Assembly: GCA_016748015.1 (NCBI GenBank)
Contig: JAAOMT010000299.1
Span: forward strand, 719,090 to 783,089
Direction: 5' to 3'
DNA length: 64,000 nt
DNA from: Geosiphon pyriformis uo1
Lineage: Eukaryota; Fungi; Glomeromycota
Below, in pieces: positions 38,901-51,651 of this stretch (positions are counted from its first letter, which is position 1; each line of letters starts with the position of its first letter). The notes beneath the pieces are model-generated. The model made no database searches, was not told where the DNA came from, and was given only the letters and a program-made list of their open reading frames with translations. The translations under genes were made by a program, and so were the position numbers.

Positions 38901-39159
38901 AGTATTTTGAAGTGGCACTTGAATTTATTGGGATTTATAAATTATTTATGGCTGTAGTTAATATATTATTGGTGCTGGAGTTTGATAAATTAGAAATGAG
39001 TATATTGATTGTTATATTATTAAAGTATAAAAAAGCTAATATTAATATTATTCTTAATTTAGAGTGTAATTTAAAGTTTAAAACTAACAATTGAGGTTTC
39101 GATATTAATTTCCTAATTATTGGTTATTTAATCTGGTTTTCCAATTCATTTTTAAGTAT

Positions 39160-40064
39160 TGTTATTCATAGAAATTTAGAAATTCTTAATAAGAAAATAA
39201 AGTAGCTAATTAGAACCAAGTATAATAAAAAGAGGAATTTTAAAATTTTAAGAATTTCAAAATTCCTTTTAAAGAATTACTGAATTCTATAGATTTTAGA
39301 ATTTCTCTTAAAGAATTACAAAATTCTAGGAATTCCAGAATTTCTGGCTAGAAAAATTCAAAAAATTCAAAAAATCTTATATAATATTAATTATATATAT
39401 AAAGTGAAAGTATTAAAAACAGAAAGAATAAAATCTAGCTTAAAAACAATACCCACAATTAATTAATGATCTCATATCTCTTCCTTCAAAAATAGTTTTC
39501 TATAACTTGAAATGGAATCAAATCAAATATCAATAAAATATCAATTATTACCTGAATTTATGTTATCATCACTTGATTAAAGACATCTTAAAAAAATCTT
39601 TTTTATTTTATCAACACTTTATGTTGATAAAATTCAACACTTAATTACACTGAACCAATAGCTTTTAATTACAGCTATTGATGAGATACTAATTTTTTTT
39701 ATTTTTTTTATTTTTTTTTATTTTTTTTTAGTTTTATTATTGCTTACTAACTGATTAAAGAATTAATACATGGAGTTATTGACATTAAAAAAGACTGGTA
39801 AAAAATCCAGAAATAAGGGTAGACACTCAAAAATTGAAGATAGCTTATCAAAAAAAACCAGCTATCAAGCTAAAAAAAAAATTTATAGAATATACTTCCA
39901 AGAAAGTACTAAAACAACCATTGAATTTCTGTCTATTATGTAAAAAACTCAACCAAAACCTTCAGATCATGAAAATTTTTAGATATTAAAACTACTATCA
40001 GCTATTAAGCACCAAGTTATAAGTTTGTTATTTGTATCAACACCCCAAATAATTACTTGTAACA
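39160..40064 (+). mobile_element. Solo LTR, A-like family, inside gag of element E
   Basis: TGTTAT..GTAACA with a perfect GTAT TSD. Confidence 0.93.
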
Positions 40065-41787
40065 GTATTTTTGTTTACTATAGTAGTAATAATTGCATGT
40101 TTTTTGTTGCCATGATTAATTTATTAATAATGATGATATTAAATATAACTGATTCTAGAAACAATTAGAGTTTTTTTGATTTTTATGACATTGTAGAGAC
40201 TGATAAATTGCTTAATTATTAGCTAAATATCTTTTGATCTTTTAATTAATGGTTTTGCCAAATTGTTTTAATTTAGTATTCAATTTAAATGATCTATTCA
40301 TTACTAGATTTATAGCTTAGACATGATTGGCTTCAAGTTTGGCCAATTTAAAATCTCTGACATGAGTGATTGTATTTTGGAGAGTATTTAAATATATTAG
40401 ACATACTTGTTGTAATAAACTGCTGTGTAATTTACAAATAAATTGATTTAAGATCTGTAATACTATAAAGTAGTTAGCTTTAATTGTCTAAATTTGGCAC
40501 AAATTTTTATAAAAGCATTTCAAGTAAGTGGTAATTGCTTTAATATTATTTTGTTTAATTATAGTAAAGTTAATTAATAGGTAATTAATGCTATTGTGAT
40601 CATTAAAATATTGTAAAAATGCAGTTTTAAATGTGTCAAAATCTTAAGGTTTGTTGACCAGATTGTAATACCACAAGTTAACTATATTTTATAAAAAATA
40701 GAAAATTGTCTGAAAGGCTCTGGCATTATTCCAATTATTGATAGTAATTGCTTTGGCTATGTCATTTAACCAGACTTGGGTGTTGTTTTCTTGATAAATT
40801 TTTCAAGTTTTACAATTAATATATAGATTATTGGTACTAGTAATAGTTGTTGTTAAGATTGTTGTTGTTATGTAGCAATTGATACAGCTGGTAAATTGAT
40901 CATAATAATTGAAGATAAGTCTTGATAAATAATAAGAGTAGAGTTTAGATTGTTTGGGTTTTAAAAAACTTAAACAATCAGAGTTTGTATTTCTGAGTTA
41001 TCTAAGATCAGATTTTAATAATTAAATCTCTGATTATTATTTTATTTTTTTTTGAGTTGGTTTTTTCCCAAAAACTGGTGGTTTTAAGATCTGGTTGAGA
41101 TGGTAGTAATCAAAGTCTTAATGGGATTGTTGGTCACAATTTAAATCTTTCAAAAAAATTACTGTAGATTTCTGGTTTTCTCCTGATTATTTTAGAATAG
41201 TACTTATGATAATAGTGCTTTTGTTATTAACATTGATATTGGTGCTGGTTTTCTATTAAATTATATCTTACAGAGAACACCAAATATTATAGGAGATTAT
41301 TTGGGATGTTAGAACAAATAACAAACTTATAACTTGGTACTCAATAGCTGGGAATATTGGTAATTTCTAAAAATTTTGGTTGAGTTTTTTGTATAATAAA
41401 CAGAAATTCAATTGATGGTTTTTTTTGTGAATTTTTTTTTCCAGCATAGTGGCTGGTTTATTCTGGTAATTATGCCTTTTTAGTAAACTATTCTTAAATT
41501 TCTATTCTTGTTTTTAGGTCTTTACCAGACTATTCTTAACATTAAATACTCAGTGTTTAATTTTTTTTTATCAATTTGTAAACAACAAAAAAATAAAACA
41601 AAAAAAAATAAATGAAAATAAGAAATTAGTATTTTATTAATAGTTATAATTAAAAGTTATTGATTCAATATGATTAAGTATCAAAGTTTATCAACATGAG
41701 TTGTTGATAGTAGAAAAAGTGATTAATATTTTTAATCAAATAATAATAACATAGATTTAAATGATAATTAAGTATTTTTATTAATAT

Positions 41788-42428
41788 TGTTATGAATTGG
41801 AATAACAAGCTAACAAATAGCAAGGGTGAATAAAATTGTAGGATGATAGAAATAATCAAAGAAAAAATTACAATATGAGAGCAAATTAAATAAGTAAGAA
41901 TTTAATATGCATAATCAATCTTATAAAAATCATAGTTACAAATCTTTTCTGAAAATCTGAAGGTAAAAAAATAGTTCATAATTGTCAACAAGATAATACT
42001 ACTGCAATTATTCTATGTTTCAACTTGGTAATTCTTAAAATTAATAACAGGTATTGTCATGTTTTTTAATTGTTTTTTTATTCAATAAATCACAAAAGCA
42101 AGCAATTACTTCTTAGGCTAATTCTAACAATACAAATTAAGAAGAAAAAAAGATAAGTTATGTAAATACCAATAAGTAATTTTTTATCCCAAGATATTCA
42201 GATATTTGAAGGTAAGAAAAAAGAAATAAGTAATATAAAAAGAAGTAATTGATAAGAGATTTTATTTTGTTGCTTTGATCATGTCTTTCTACAGCTAAGA
42301 AACTTATTGCTTATATAGCTATTAAAAGTGGTCAATAATTACTATTTAAAAATAGTATGGCTAATTATATAACATCAGTAGCAAATACATATGATAACTA
42401 ATAAAAAATATGGGTTTTAACTATAACA
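41788..42428 (-). mobile_element. Solo LTR, subfamily B1, inside the 5' LTR of element E
   Basis: TGTTAT..ATAACA with an ATAT TSD; matches 4568-5240. Confidence 0.9.
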
Positions 42429-42435
42429 ATATTAA

Positions 42436-45400
42436 ATCTTTATTGGTTAAAGTATAGAATTTTATAGAATATTTTTACATATATTGAATAAATTGTGAAG
42501 TTTAAAAGTTGTTCTGAGTCTGTAATGAGCATTTATTAGTCTGGTTGTTGTCTTGAATTTATTGTGTATTTGTTTTTATATAGCTTTGAGAATGAGATTA
42601 GTTGCTTTGAATTCTAGTTTCTATTGGTGCAATGTTTTTTTAATTTGAAAATATTAATAATTAAAAATATACTTACTGTTTTTATTAAAACACATTTAAA
42701 GTTTTTGTTGTATTATGACATTCAAAAAAATGTCAATAGGTGTAAACAATAAGTTTTCTTTTAAAGCTTGCTTCAAAAGTTCTGATAATTAACTTTTAGA
42801 ATAACTTCTTGTGTTTCTTCTATAAGAATAATATTTCTGGAAATTATTTACTATTGCAGTTGTAATTCTTTTTTAAGTATATTTAATATAATTTCTATTA
42901 ATTGTTATAAATAAGTCAGAGAGTATTTTTAAAGCTAACATTAATTTTTAGAATATTTGTTAAATGTTTTAAAAAATAAGCATTATAAAGTTAAATAAAA
43001 ATTAAATAAATTTTTATAAAACAAAAAAACAAAAAAAAAATATTTTTGGTATAAGAGTTTTATATATTTTTAATTTGGGTATTTTCTGGTAGTTATTTTA
43101 CTATTTTTGTTTAATGTTTCTATATTATTTTAAAAAAAATACTAATAAAAATTAAATTAAATATTCAGATTTGGTTATTGTTCTATTATAACTATTGGTT
43201 CTAAATTTTGGAGAATATCTTTAAAATTAATTAAAGAAAAATGTATATTAATTTGTGAAATTAGTAATTTAAGATTGTTTCTAAAATGATAATGGTTCAA
43301 TTAATTTTCATATGCAACTTTGGCTAGAACTTTGTTATTAAGCCTTAACTTATATAATCTATTGTCTAAAATTTCGTAAATATAAAATAATCTATTTTAT
43401 TTATGTTCAAATTTTCTATTCCATTGTTTTTTAGTCTTAATTCTATATAAGAAAACTTTGTTTTCAACTTTAAATTTATTAGTAACTAGTAGTAATTTGT
43501 TGTCATGTCATTTTTTTTGTTGGGCTTGAAAATGTTATTACTTATAGAAATTTAGAAATTCTTAATAAGTACATAAAATAGTTAATTAAAAATAAGTATA
43601 ATAAAAAAAGAATTTTAAAATTTTTCTTAAGAAATTGCAAGATTCCAGAAATTTCAGAATTTCTCATAAGAAATTACTAGATTCCAAGAATTCCAGAATT
43701 TCTGGTTAGAAAAATTAAAAGAATTCAAGAAATCTTGTATAACATAAAATATATATATATAGTAAGAGTGTTAAATGCAGAAAAAGTAATTTCTAGAGAA
43801 TTTAAATATAGTTTATATTAATTTAGAACAATACTCCTTCTTTTAAAAGATAGTTTTTTACAACTTGAAATAAAATTATTTCCATATTAATAAAATTATC
43901 TATTATTATTAAATTTATGTTATTATTACTTGATTAAGAATATTAATCACTTTCATCACTATTAACATTTCATGTTAATAAAATCTAATACTTAACTATA
44001 TTAAAACAATAGCTTTTGATTATAGTTATTAACAGGATATTAATTTCTTGTTTTTTTATTTTTTTTATTTTATTTTCTTTATTATTTACTAATTGATTAA
44101 AAAAATTAAGTACTGAATTATTAATGTCAAAAAAAACTGGTAAAAGACTCATGAAATAAGAATAAAAACTCAAAAATTGAGAATAGTCTATCAGAAGAAA
44201 CTAGCCATTAAGCCAAGAAAAAAATTCATGAAATAAGCTTTTAGAATAGTACTAAAACAATCATTAAATCTCTGTTTATTATACAAAAGACTTAATTAAA
44301 ACTTTCAGATCATAAAAACCTTTAAAAATAATCAATTATACAAACTATTGAACACCAAATTATGGGTTTGTTATTTGTATCAACACTCCAAATAATTATC
44401 TGTAATATTTAGTGCTTTCTGTAAGATATAATGTAACAAAAAACCATTACTAACATTAACCAAAAATTAGAGAAATACTTAGCTAGCAATTAAGCAATTT
44501 ATTAGCTTTCACAATGTTATAACAATTAAAAAAACTCCAATTATTTCCAAAATCAATCACATTTATTATCAACAAATTAACTATGGTAACAAAAAATGCA
44601 TAATTGTTACTATTGTAATAAACAAAACTATTTAAAAAGCAAATTGCCATTCTAGATTTAATAACTAATGATTAAAAAATCAATCTCAAAACTCTGATTG
44701 CAAATTTCAAACTCCAAATTACATCTTAAATTAAAAACAATATCAATACCAGTCTTATTACACCCCAATAACACAACAACCAATATATGTATCTTTAGTT
44801 TATTAGACTCTAATACCAGTAATCTATCAACTACAGCCACAAGTAATTTATTAACTATAGTTATAAATAATTTATTAAACTCAACTAATTCAAACACCAT
44901 CCCAAAATTTAGTTTAAATGATAACCAAAAATCAAAGGCCAAGAATTATAAACACTCAACAAGATTAACAATTAGCAATAATAAGGCACCAATCAATCTC
45001 CAGTTTATTAAATCAGCTATTAGAATTATGTCAATAGAGTTTAAAAAGTGAGTACACCCAAAACCCAAATTTTTAAAACTATTTAAGTTTCTTGATTACT
45101 CCAAAAAACAACTTATCTAACAACTTAGAATCCAACTTAATACCACTCACTAACAATATTCTATTAGTAATAGTCATTGAAAATAAGTTACTTGTAGTCA
45201 TCTTCTTTTTTAAATTAGAAGAATCAGTAATAACACCTTTATTTAGTAGAGCTATTTTCGATGCCAAACTAATTACTGTAATATATACAGATGCCAAAGT
45301 TTATGGCCAATTTATCAAGCTAATTCTTAATAATAAGTTAGCAGACAACATTATTACATAACAACTTATGGACCAATTAGGTTGCCAAGTTGATTGTACT

Positions 45401-47463
45401 GTTAGCACCAGAATTATCACAGCTAATAGAGTAATAAAAACTCTTATGGGCAAAATTGACAACTTTCTTTTTAAAGTCAAAAGCATTACTATGCCAATCA
45501 AAGTATTAGTAATAGAAGCCATACAATACCAAGCTTTTATTGGTAATAACTGGCTGTCCAAAATTAATATTATACTTGATGAGAACACCCAAGAGCTACA
45601 GTTCAGTCAAAATGATTAGCAAACTTGGATATCTGCTATCTATGGCTACTTCAAAACAAACACCACCACCTAATTACTACTAATCAAATTCAAAAAAAAA
45701 ACCTACTTGAAAGCCTATTAAGTTTTGTAGATTGAAAATAAACACAACAAACCACCACTAATACTCTCTTAAAACAACAAAAAAAAAGAAAAAAAAGAGA
45801 ATAAATCATAAGCCAACATCTTTACAAAAGAAACAAATAACAGTTGGCATATTTCATACTTGTCAAAACCAAAAAAAAAACTATCCTACTACTAAGATCT
45901 AGTACCTACTTAAGAAAAACAAAAGCAGCATTTAGAACAATTAAATACTAAACTTTGTAAACATTGTCTAATTTTCTGTGACTTAGAATATTATGTAAGT
46001 ATAATCTTATTTACAATCTGCCACTATGTATAATTTATTTAATTTCCAAAAAAAAAAACCAATTAGCAATTGTGTTTCAAAATTAGAATTGAAATTTAAT
46101 TCCAATTTAGACTCTAACAATGATAACAACAATAGTTCCAACTCCATTCACAATGGCAATAACAATAATAACAATTCAAACTCTAATAAAAACTTCAAAC
46201 AATATATTGTGCTTTCAGATCTTTTATAAAAACAGGAACTTAAATGGTTTAATAATAATAATAAGGATATTATGTCAAAATGTATGCATAATACTGATAC
46301 AGAGTTTAATCTCAGATATTTAGAAAAAACTGCCATTAGATTGAAACATTACTTATATACCAGTATAAAATTAAAAAATTTAGGAGATTTTAACAAAGCT
46401 CAATATTAAAAAAAGAAAATAATATTACTTATAAAAATTTAGGAATTCTTAATAAGTACATAAAATAGCCAATTAGAAATAAATATAATAAAAAAAAAAT
46501 TTCAAAATTTCTTTTAAAAAATTGCAGAATTTCAGGAATTTCAGAATTTTTTTTGAGAAATTACAAGATTCCAAAAATTTCAGGATTTTTGGTTAAAAAA
46601 ATTAAAAGAATATAAAAAATCTTGTATAATATAAAATATATATAGTAAGAGTATTAAAAACAGAAAAAATAATTCTCAGAGAATTCAAATAGAGTTTATA
46701 TTAATTTAAAACAATATTTCTTCCTTTAAAAAGTAGTTTTTTACAATTTAAAGTAAAATTATTTCCATATTAATAAAATTATCTATTATTATCAAATTCA
46801 TATTATTATTACTTAATTAAGAATATTAATTATTTTTATTACTATCAACACTCCATGTTAATAAAATTTGATACTTAATTACACTAGAACAATAGCTTTT
46901 AATCATGGCTATTGACAGAATATTAATTTTTTATTTTTTTATTTTTTTTATTTTTTTTTGTTTTGTTTTCTTTGTTATTTATTAATTGATTAAAAGAATT
47001 AAGTGCTAAGTTATTGACATCAAAAAGGACTGGTAAAAGACTTGTAAAATAAGATTAAAAACTTGAAAATTAAAAATAGCTTACCAAAAAAAACTGGCCA
47101 TCAAGCTGAAAAAAAAATTCATAGAATAAACTTCTGAGAGAATACTAAAACAACTATTGAATCTCTGTTTATTATACAAAAGACTTAATCAAAACCTTTA
47201 GATCATAAAAATCTTTAAAAATAACTAACTGTACAAGCTATTAAGTACCAAGTTACAGGTTTGTTATTTGTACTAACATTCCAAATAATCACTTGTAACA
47301 ATGCTCAATATGAGTTGCTATTATTTGTTTTTTTTCTTTCAACATACTAAGAAAAATATAAGTTCTTTATTGAAATGTCTTTTGAAAGTTATTTTTGTTA
47401 ATTGGTTGCACTAAGTATGTTTTTACTGAAAAATTAATTAGTAATATTGTTGTTCTTCCATAG
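42436..47463 (-). mobile_element. Old G-like fragment (ORF3 plus integrase C-terminus); hosts element F and abuts element H
   Basis: 42436-43535 and 47301-47463 are collinear with ~51100-52350. Confidence 0.8.
43536..47300 (+). mobile_element. Element F: complete 3.77-kb non-autonomous A-like derivative
   Basis: LTRs 43536-44407 and 46423-47300, TSD ATGT/ATGC, decayed PBS at 44410, PPT before 46423. The ~2-kb interior holds only the gag C-terminus, protease, part of the Cys-rich region and the dUTPase start. Confidence 0.92.
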
Positions 47464-48353
47464 TATTACAAATAATTATTTGGAGTATAGAAACAAATAA
47501 CAAATCTGTAACTTGGTGCTCAATAACTGGTAGTGTTGATAGATCTGAAGATTTTTATATCTGAAGATTTTGGTTAAGTTTTTTGTATAATAGACAGAGA
47601 TTTAATAGTAATATCTTTTGGTAATGTTTTTAATGTTTTTTTAACTCTTGAGTTGATGTACTTTGTTGTCTGTTACTTTTCAGAATATCTATATTCTGTC
47701 AATTTCTTTCTTAGCTTGGTGGCTGATATCTTCTAATAAGCTATCCTCAATTATGAGTGTGTATTTTTATTCCTGGGTTATTTACCAGTACTATATCCTA
47801 ACATCAGTACTCTATGCATTAATCCTTTTAATCAGTTAGTAAAACAACAAAAATAAAAAATATATATAAAAATAAATAAATAAAAAAAATAAATAAAAAA
47901 AAATAAAAAAAAAATTAGTATCTTATTAATAGCCATAATTAAGAGCTATTATTCTCATGTGATTAAATATAATTGTTATTAACATAAAGTATTAATAAAT
48001 GAAAAAGTGATTAAATTCTTAAACAAATAATAGCAACATGGATTGAATGATAATAGGTATGTTTTATTTTGATATTTTACTAATAAATTCACTTTGGTGG
48101 ATATTAACTATCTATAAAATAAAAGTTAATTAATAAATAAGAAAGAAAATGTTAAATTAGAACTGGATTCTGTTTTTTCTTACTTTTAATGCTATTTCTA
48201 TATATATATAGTTAGTGTTATATAAGATTTCTGGAATTCTGTAATTTTTTTAGAGAAATTCTGGAATTTTTCTGTTACTATGCTTATTTCTAATTGGCTA
48301 TTTTTTTAACTATGATATTCCTAATTTTTATAAGGAACAATTTTTTCTTCTTT

Positions 48354-48996
48354 TTAATATTAAGCTTTATTGAAATCTTCTAAACTTTCTAGATTTTCTT
48401 TTTGGATTAATTCTATAACTTTTTTCTCCAGAATTGCTTTTGTAATTTTGGTCTGTAATTTTTTAAATTGGGTATTAATTAATTTTTCCAATTGATTAAT
48501 TGTTACAATATTTATTCTCAGATATAATAATATTTCAAAATCTTATTTATAGTTAGTAAATAACTTTTATATATGTAAATAAATGGTTTTTTTTAACAAT
48601 TTGTTTAATTTGTTGTTAAATTGGATTAAATTTTTTTTTTGTTTTGTTAGTGTATAAGTTTTTGATACTTAATTGTTGTTCCAACTGATAGTAACAAAAG
48701 TTTTTTGGATTTTGTTGTATCTATTGGTTCCAATTTTTTAAAATTCATTCTTCTTTTGGTATTGGTATTTTTAGATCTTCTAATGTCTTTTTTATTTTTC
48801 TCATTATCTTATCTACAATGTTTTCAGAAGTATGGTGTTTAGAATATTGCTCTTTGGTTTGGTTTTTTTACATTATTTTCTTATCCTTGTATTAAATTAT
48901 GTGTTTATTAATGGTGATTTCTAAGCTTGATTCTTGTTGTTGAATTAGTTGTAATAGTTATTGTACAAGTAAGTAGATGTTGTCAGTGATTTCCAT
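48354..48996 (-). pseudogene. ORF3 of element H (full span, decayed)
   Basis: ATG at 48996: MEITDNIYLLVQ*LLQLIQQQESSLEITINKHII. Ends at the same ..Y-TAA before the PPT as in element A. Confidence 0.75.
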
Positions 48997-50943
48997 TTTT
49001 TTTTGTTGTTTTTATTGCACATGTTGGTTTCTTATATACTGTTATAGTAGATCAATTCGACATGTTTGATGATAATTGGTTCTAAATCTCATAAAATCTT
49101 ATCTGGTTTGACTAGTATTCTTTGTACTTCCAGTTATGAAATATTATTGATAAATAATAATACTATATTGTGGTATGGTTTCAGTTGATTTTTATGTGTT
49201 GTTTTAGCTAAAATTTTGTTGTTCTATCTTAGTTTATAAGCTTTATTTTCTAGAATTTTTTTAATGTGAAATAGTCTGTTCTATTTGTGATCGAATTTTT
49301 CACTCCATTGTTTTTCTATTTTGGTATGATGTAAAAATACTTTGTCTCCAATTCTAAATTCAACTGGTTTATTTGGTAATTGGTTATCATGTTATTTTTT
49401 TTGTTTTTTTTGTGACTTTTGAATATTATTAGCTGCTTTTTATCTTTTGTTTTTCAACATTTTTATTAGTTTGTATATTCTTCCTAGCAATGTTTTTTGA
49501 AAGTTGGCTTTTGTTATTGGTTCTGTTGAATATGTGTTAATGTCTATCTTAACTAATAATGTTGCTGTTTTATCATAAAAAAGTTTAAATAATGTTGCTT
49601 GTGTGGTATCTTGTTTCATTGTTTGATAAGCAAATAATACTAATAGTATAAACAAATATCATTTGTTCTGGTTTTCCTGGCTGATTTTTGCTATTGTTTA
49701 CACAATATTCTGTTAAACCTTTTCATTAAGTTATTTGTTTGTGAATGATATAATGATAATAATGGTCTTTTGATTTCAAATCTTTGACTTAATTCTCTTA
49801 ATATTCTGTTCACAAAATAGGTTCTTTGATTTAATAATAATTTTTTTAGATATCTATATTGATAAATTAAATTTTGGTGAACAATTTGGCTATGAATTTT
49901 GTATTTGCTCTTTGTATTGCTTTTGCTTCTGGCTATTTTGTAAGATAATTCATAGCTACTGCTATGTAATAGTTGTCTTTACTGGTTATTGTTAATGGTG
50001 TTACCGAAGGTTTTTGGTCTCTTTTCTTAATGGTTGTTGATGCCTGTTTGCTGTAAATTCACGTTTTCTGGATGTGGTTGAACCTCCAGTACTGAATTTA
50101 TCTTCAAATTATTTCCTATAATTTGAACTGCTGGACTTATAAGTGGAATGGCCAATTCCATGCCAGTTACTTTATGTAGTTACATTGTAGTAAATGTCAA
50201 CTCTTTCCCAGGAATTGCTTGTCTAGAAACTCATTAAAAATGTGTAGTTACTTTGCTGTAAAAGTCAACTCTTTTACAGGAATCTCATCTGTAGGCTACT
50301 CTAATGATTATAATAAGAAAATAAAATAAAAGTAAAAGAAAAGTAAAAGAAATTGAATTCTGTCAAGTAAAACGTTTTCTATCTAGACCTGGAGTCACTA
50401 ACGATTTACTGAAATTGGTAGCTAATCAATTTTAAAACATTAGTTGGGTTTTGGGAATTTTCAGATGTAATAATTAAGAAGTTGATTTTTGAATTATTTA
50501 ATATTTATTTCGTTTTTGTGTATTGAATTGATTCAATTTAAGATATCTAAAAGTAAGATATATTTTTTCGAAGAGAGAAGCTCTTTTTTTATACAACTTG
50601 TTATAGTACTAGTCTGTGAACTTGAATTATTTTTTTTACTATGATTTTGATGAACTAAAGGTACATTTCGGCAAACTTACAAGTTATTTCTACGAACTAT
50701 TGAATATTTCAGTGAACTATCAATTATTTCAGCAAATTTACACAAATTTTGGCAAACTTTTGAATATTAACTGGTTCAGGGTATTGTGTAATTTGATTGT
50801 TCTAATTTCTATAGTATAAATTATGTTATTAATTGATTAATAATATTTGATAATTTGATTGAATAATAAGTGATGATTTGAAATGATAATATATGCTAAT
50901 TAATGATAGAAATTATAAGGGTAATTTCATGTTAATTAATATC

Positions 50944-51651
50944 TCAAATTTCGGTTGGTAACATAACCTTCTCCTCAAGACTGAGCTCCATCAAAGTCCA
51001 AGTACTGTCTGTATGTTCCAGATAGTAATCCAAAATTACTAAAGAAATTTGGTCTGAAAATTGTTGAAATTTCAGTTCTGTGAGTTTTCCAATGTATTGA
51101 ATCTTCAGTGGTTGTAAAATTGGGTTTTGTAGGACATTTTCACAGGTGTGAAATAGGTCATAAAGTCTAAGAGCTGCTCTAAGTTTGTAGCAACTGTTTG
51201 TTAGTCCAGCCATTGTCTTAAATTTGTTGTAAAGTTGTTTTTGAATGGCTTCTTTTGTGAAGTTGGCTGTTGTGAGTTCTAGTTTTTGTTCATACAATGT
51301 TTTTTCAATGTAAAAATATCTATAAATTAGAAGGTATTCATTGTTTTCTTTATTAAGACACTGTTGAAGTTTTTGTTGAATTGTGATATTTGGTGAAATG
51401 TCAATAGGTAAGAGCAACAAATTTTCTCTCAAGGCAAGCTTCAAGAATTCTGGTAGGTGAATTCCAGAATAACTTTTAGTGTTTTTTTTATAAGGGTAAT
51501 AATTTCGTGATTTTGGAGATAAGGTTGTGGCTGTTTCTGTTTGAGTATAATTAATATGTTTTTCTGTAATAGTAATAGATAATTCAAGTATTGTTTTTAA
51601 AGCTAACATTAGTTTCTGAAATAATTGTTAAATGTTTTGTGGAATAGTCAT
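50944..51651 (-). pseudogene. ORF3 of element G; 221 aa still open, probable original ATG at 51651
   Basis: MTIPQNI*QLFQKL is in frame with ORF 50944-51609, separated by a single TAA (likely from CAA). The ORF crosses the PPT and ends 20 nt inside the 3' LTR. Confidence 0.85.

Larger units (their letters stand above)
35990..42435 (-). mobile_element. Element E: non-autonomous A-like derivative (LTR-PBS-gag-PR-Cys-rich-truncated dUTPase-PPT-LTR)
   Basis: 3' LTR 35990-36873, PPT 36874-36890, deletion junction ~36925, protease ~38200-38540, gag to ~41260, PBS 41267-41282. The 5' LTR starts at 41285 and is truncated at ~42435. No RT, RH or IN. Confidence 0.88.

Noticed and set aside
50944-51609. 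ORF3 as a retroviral env gene
   Set aside because: Right position, but short and hydrophilic, with no visible signal peptide, transmembrane anchor or cleavage/fusion motif.
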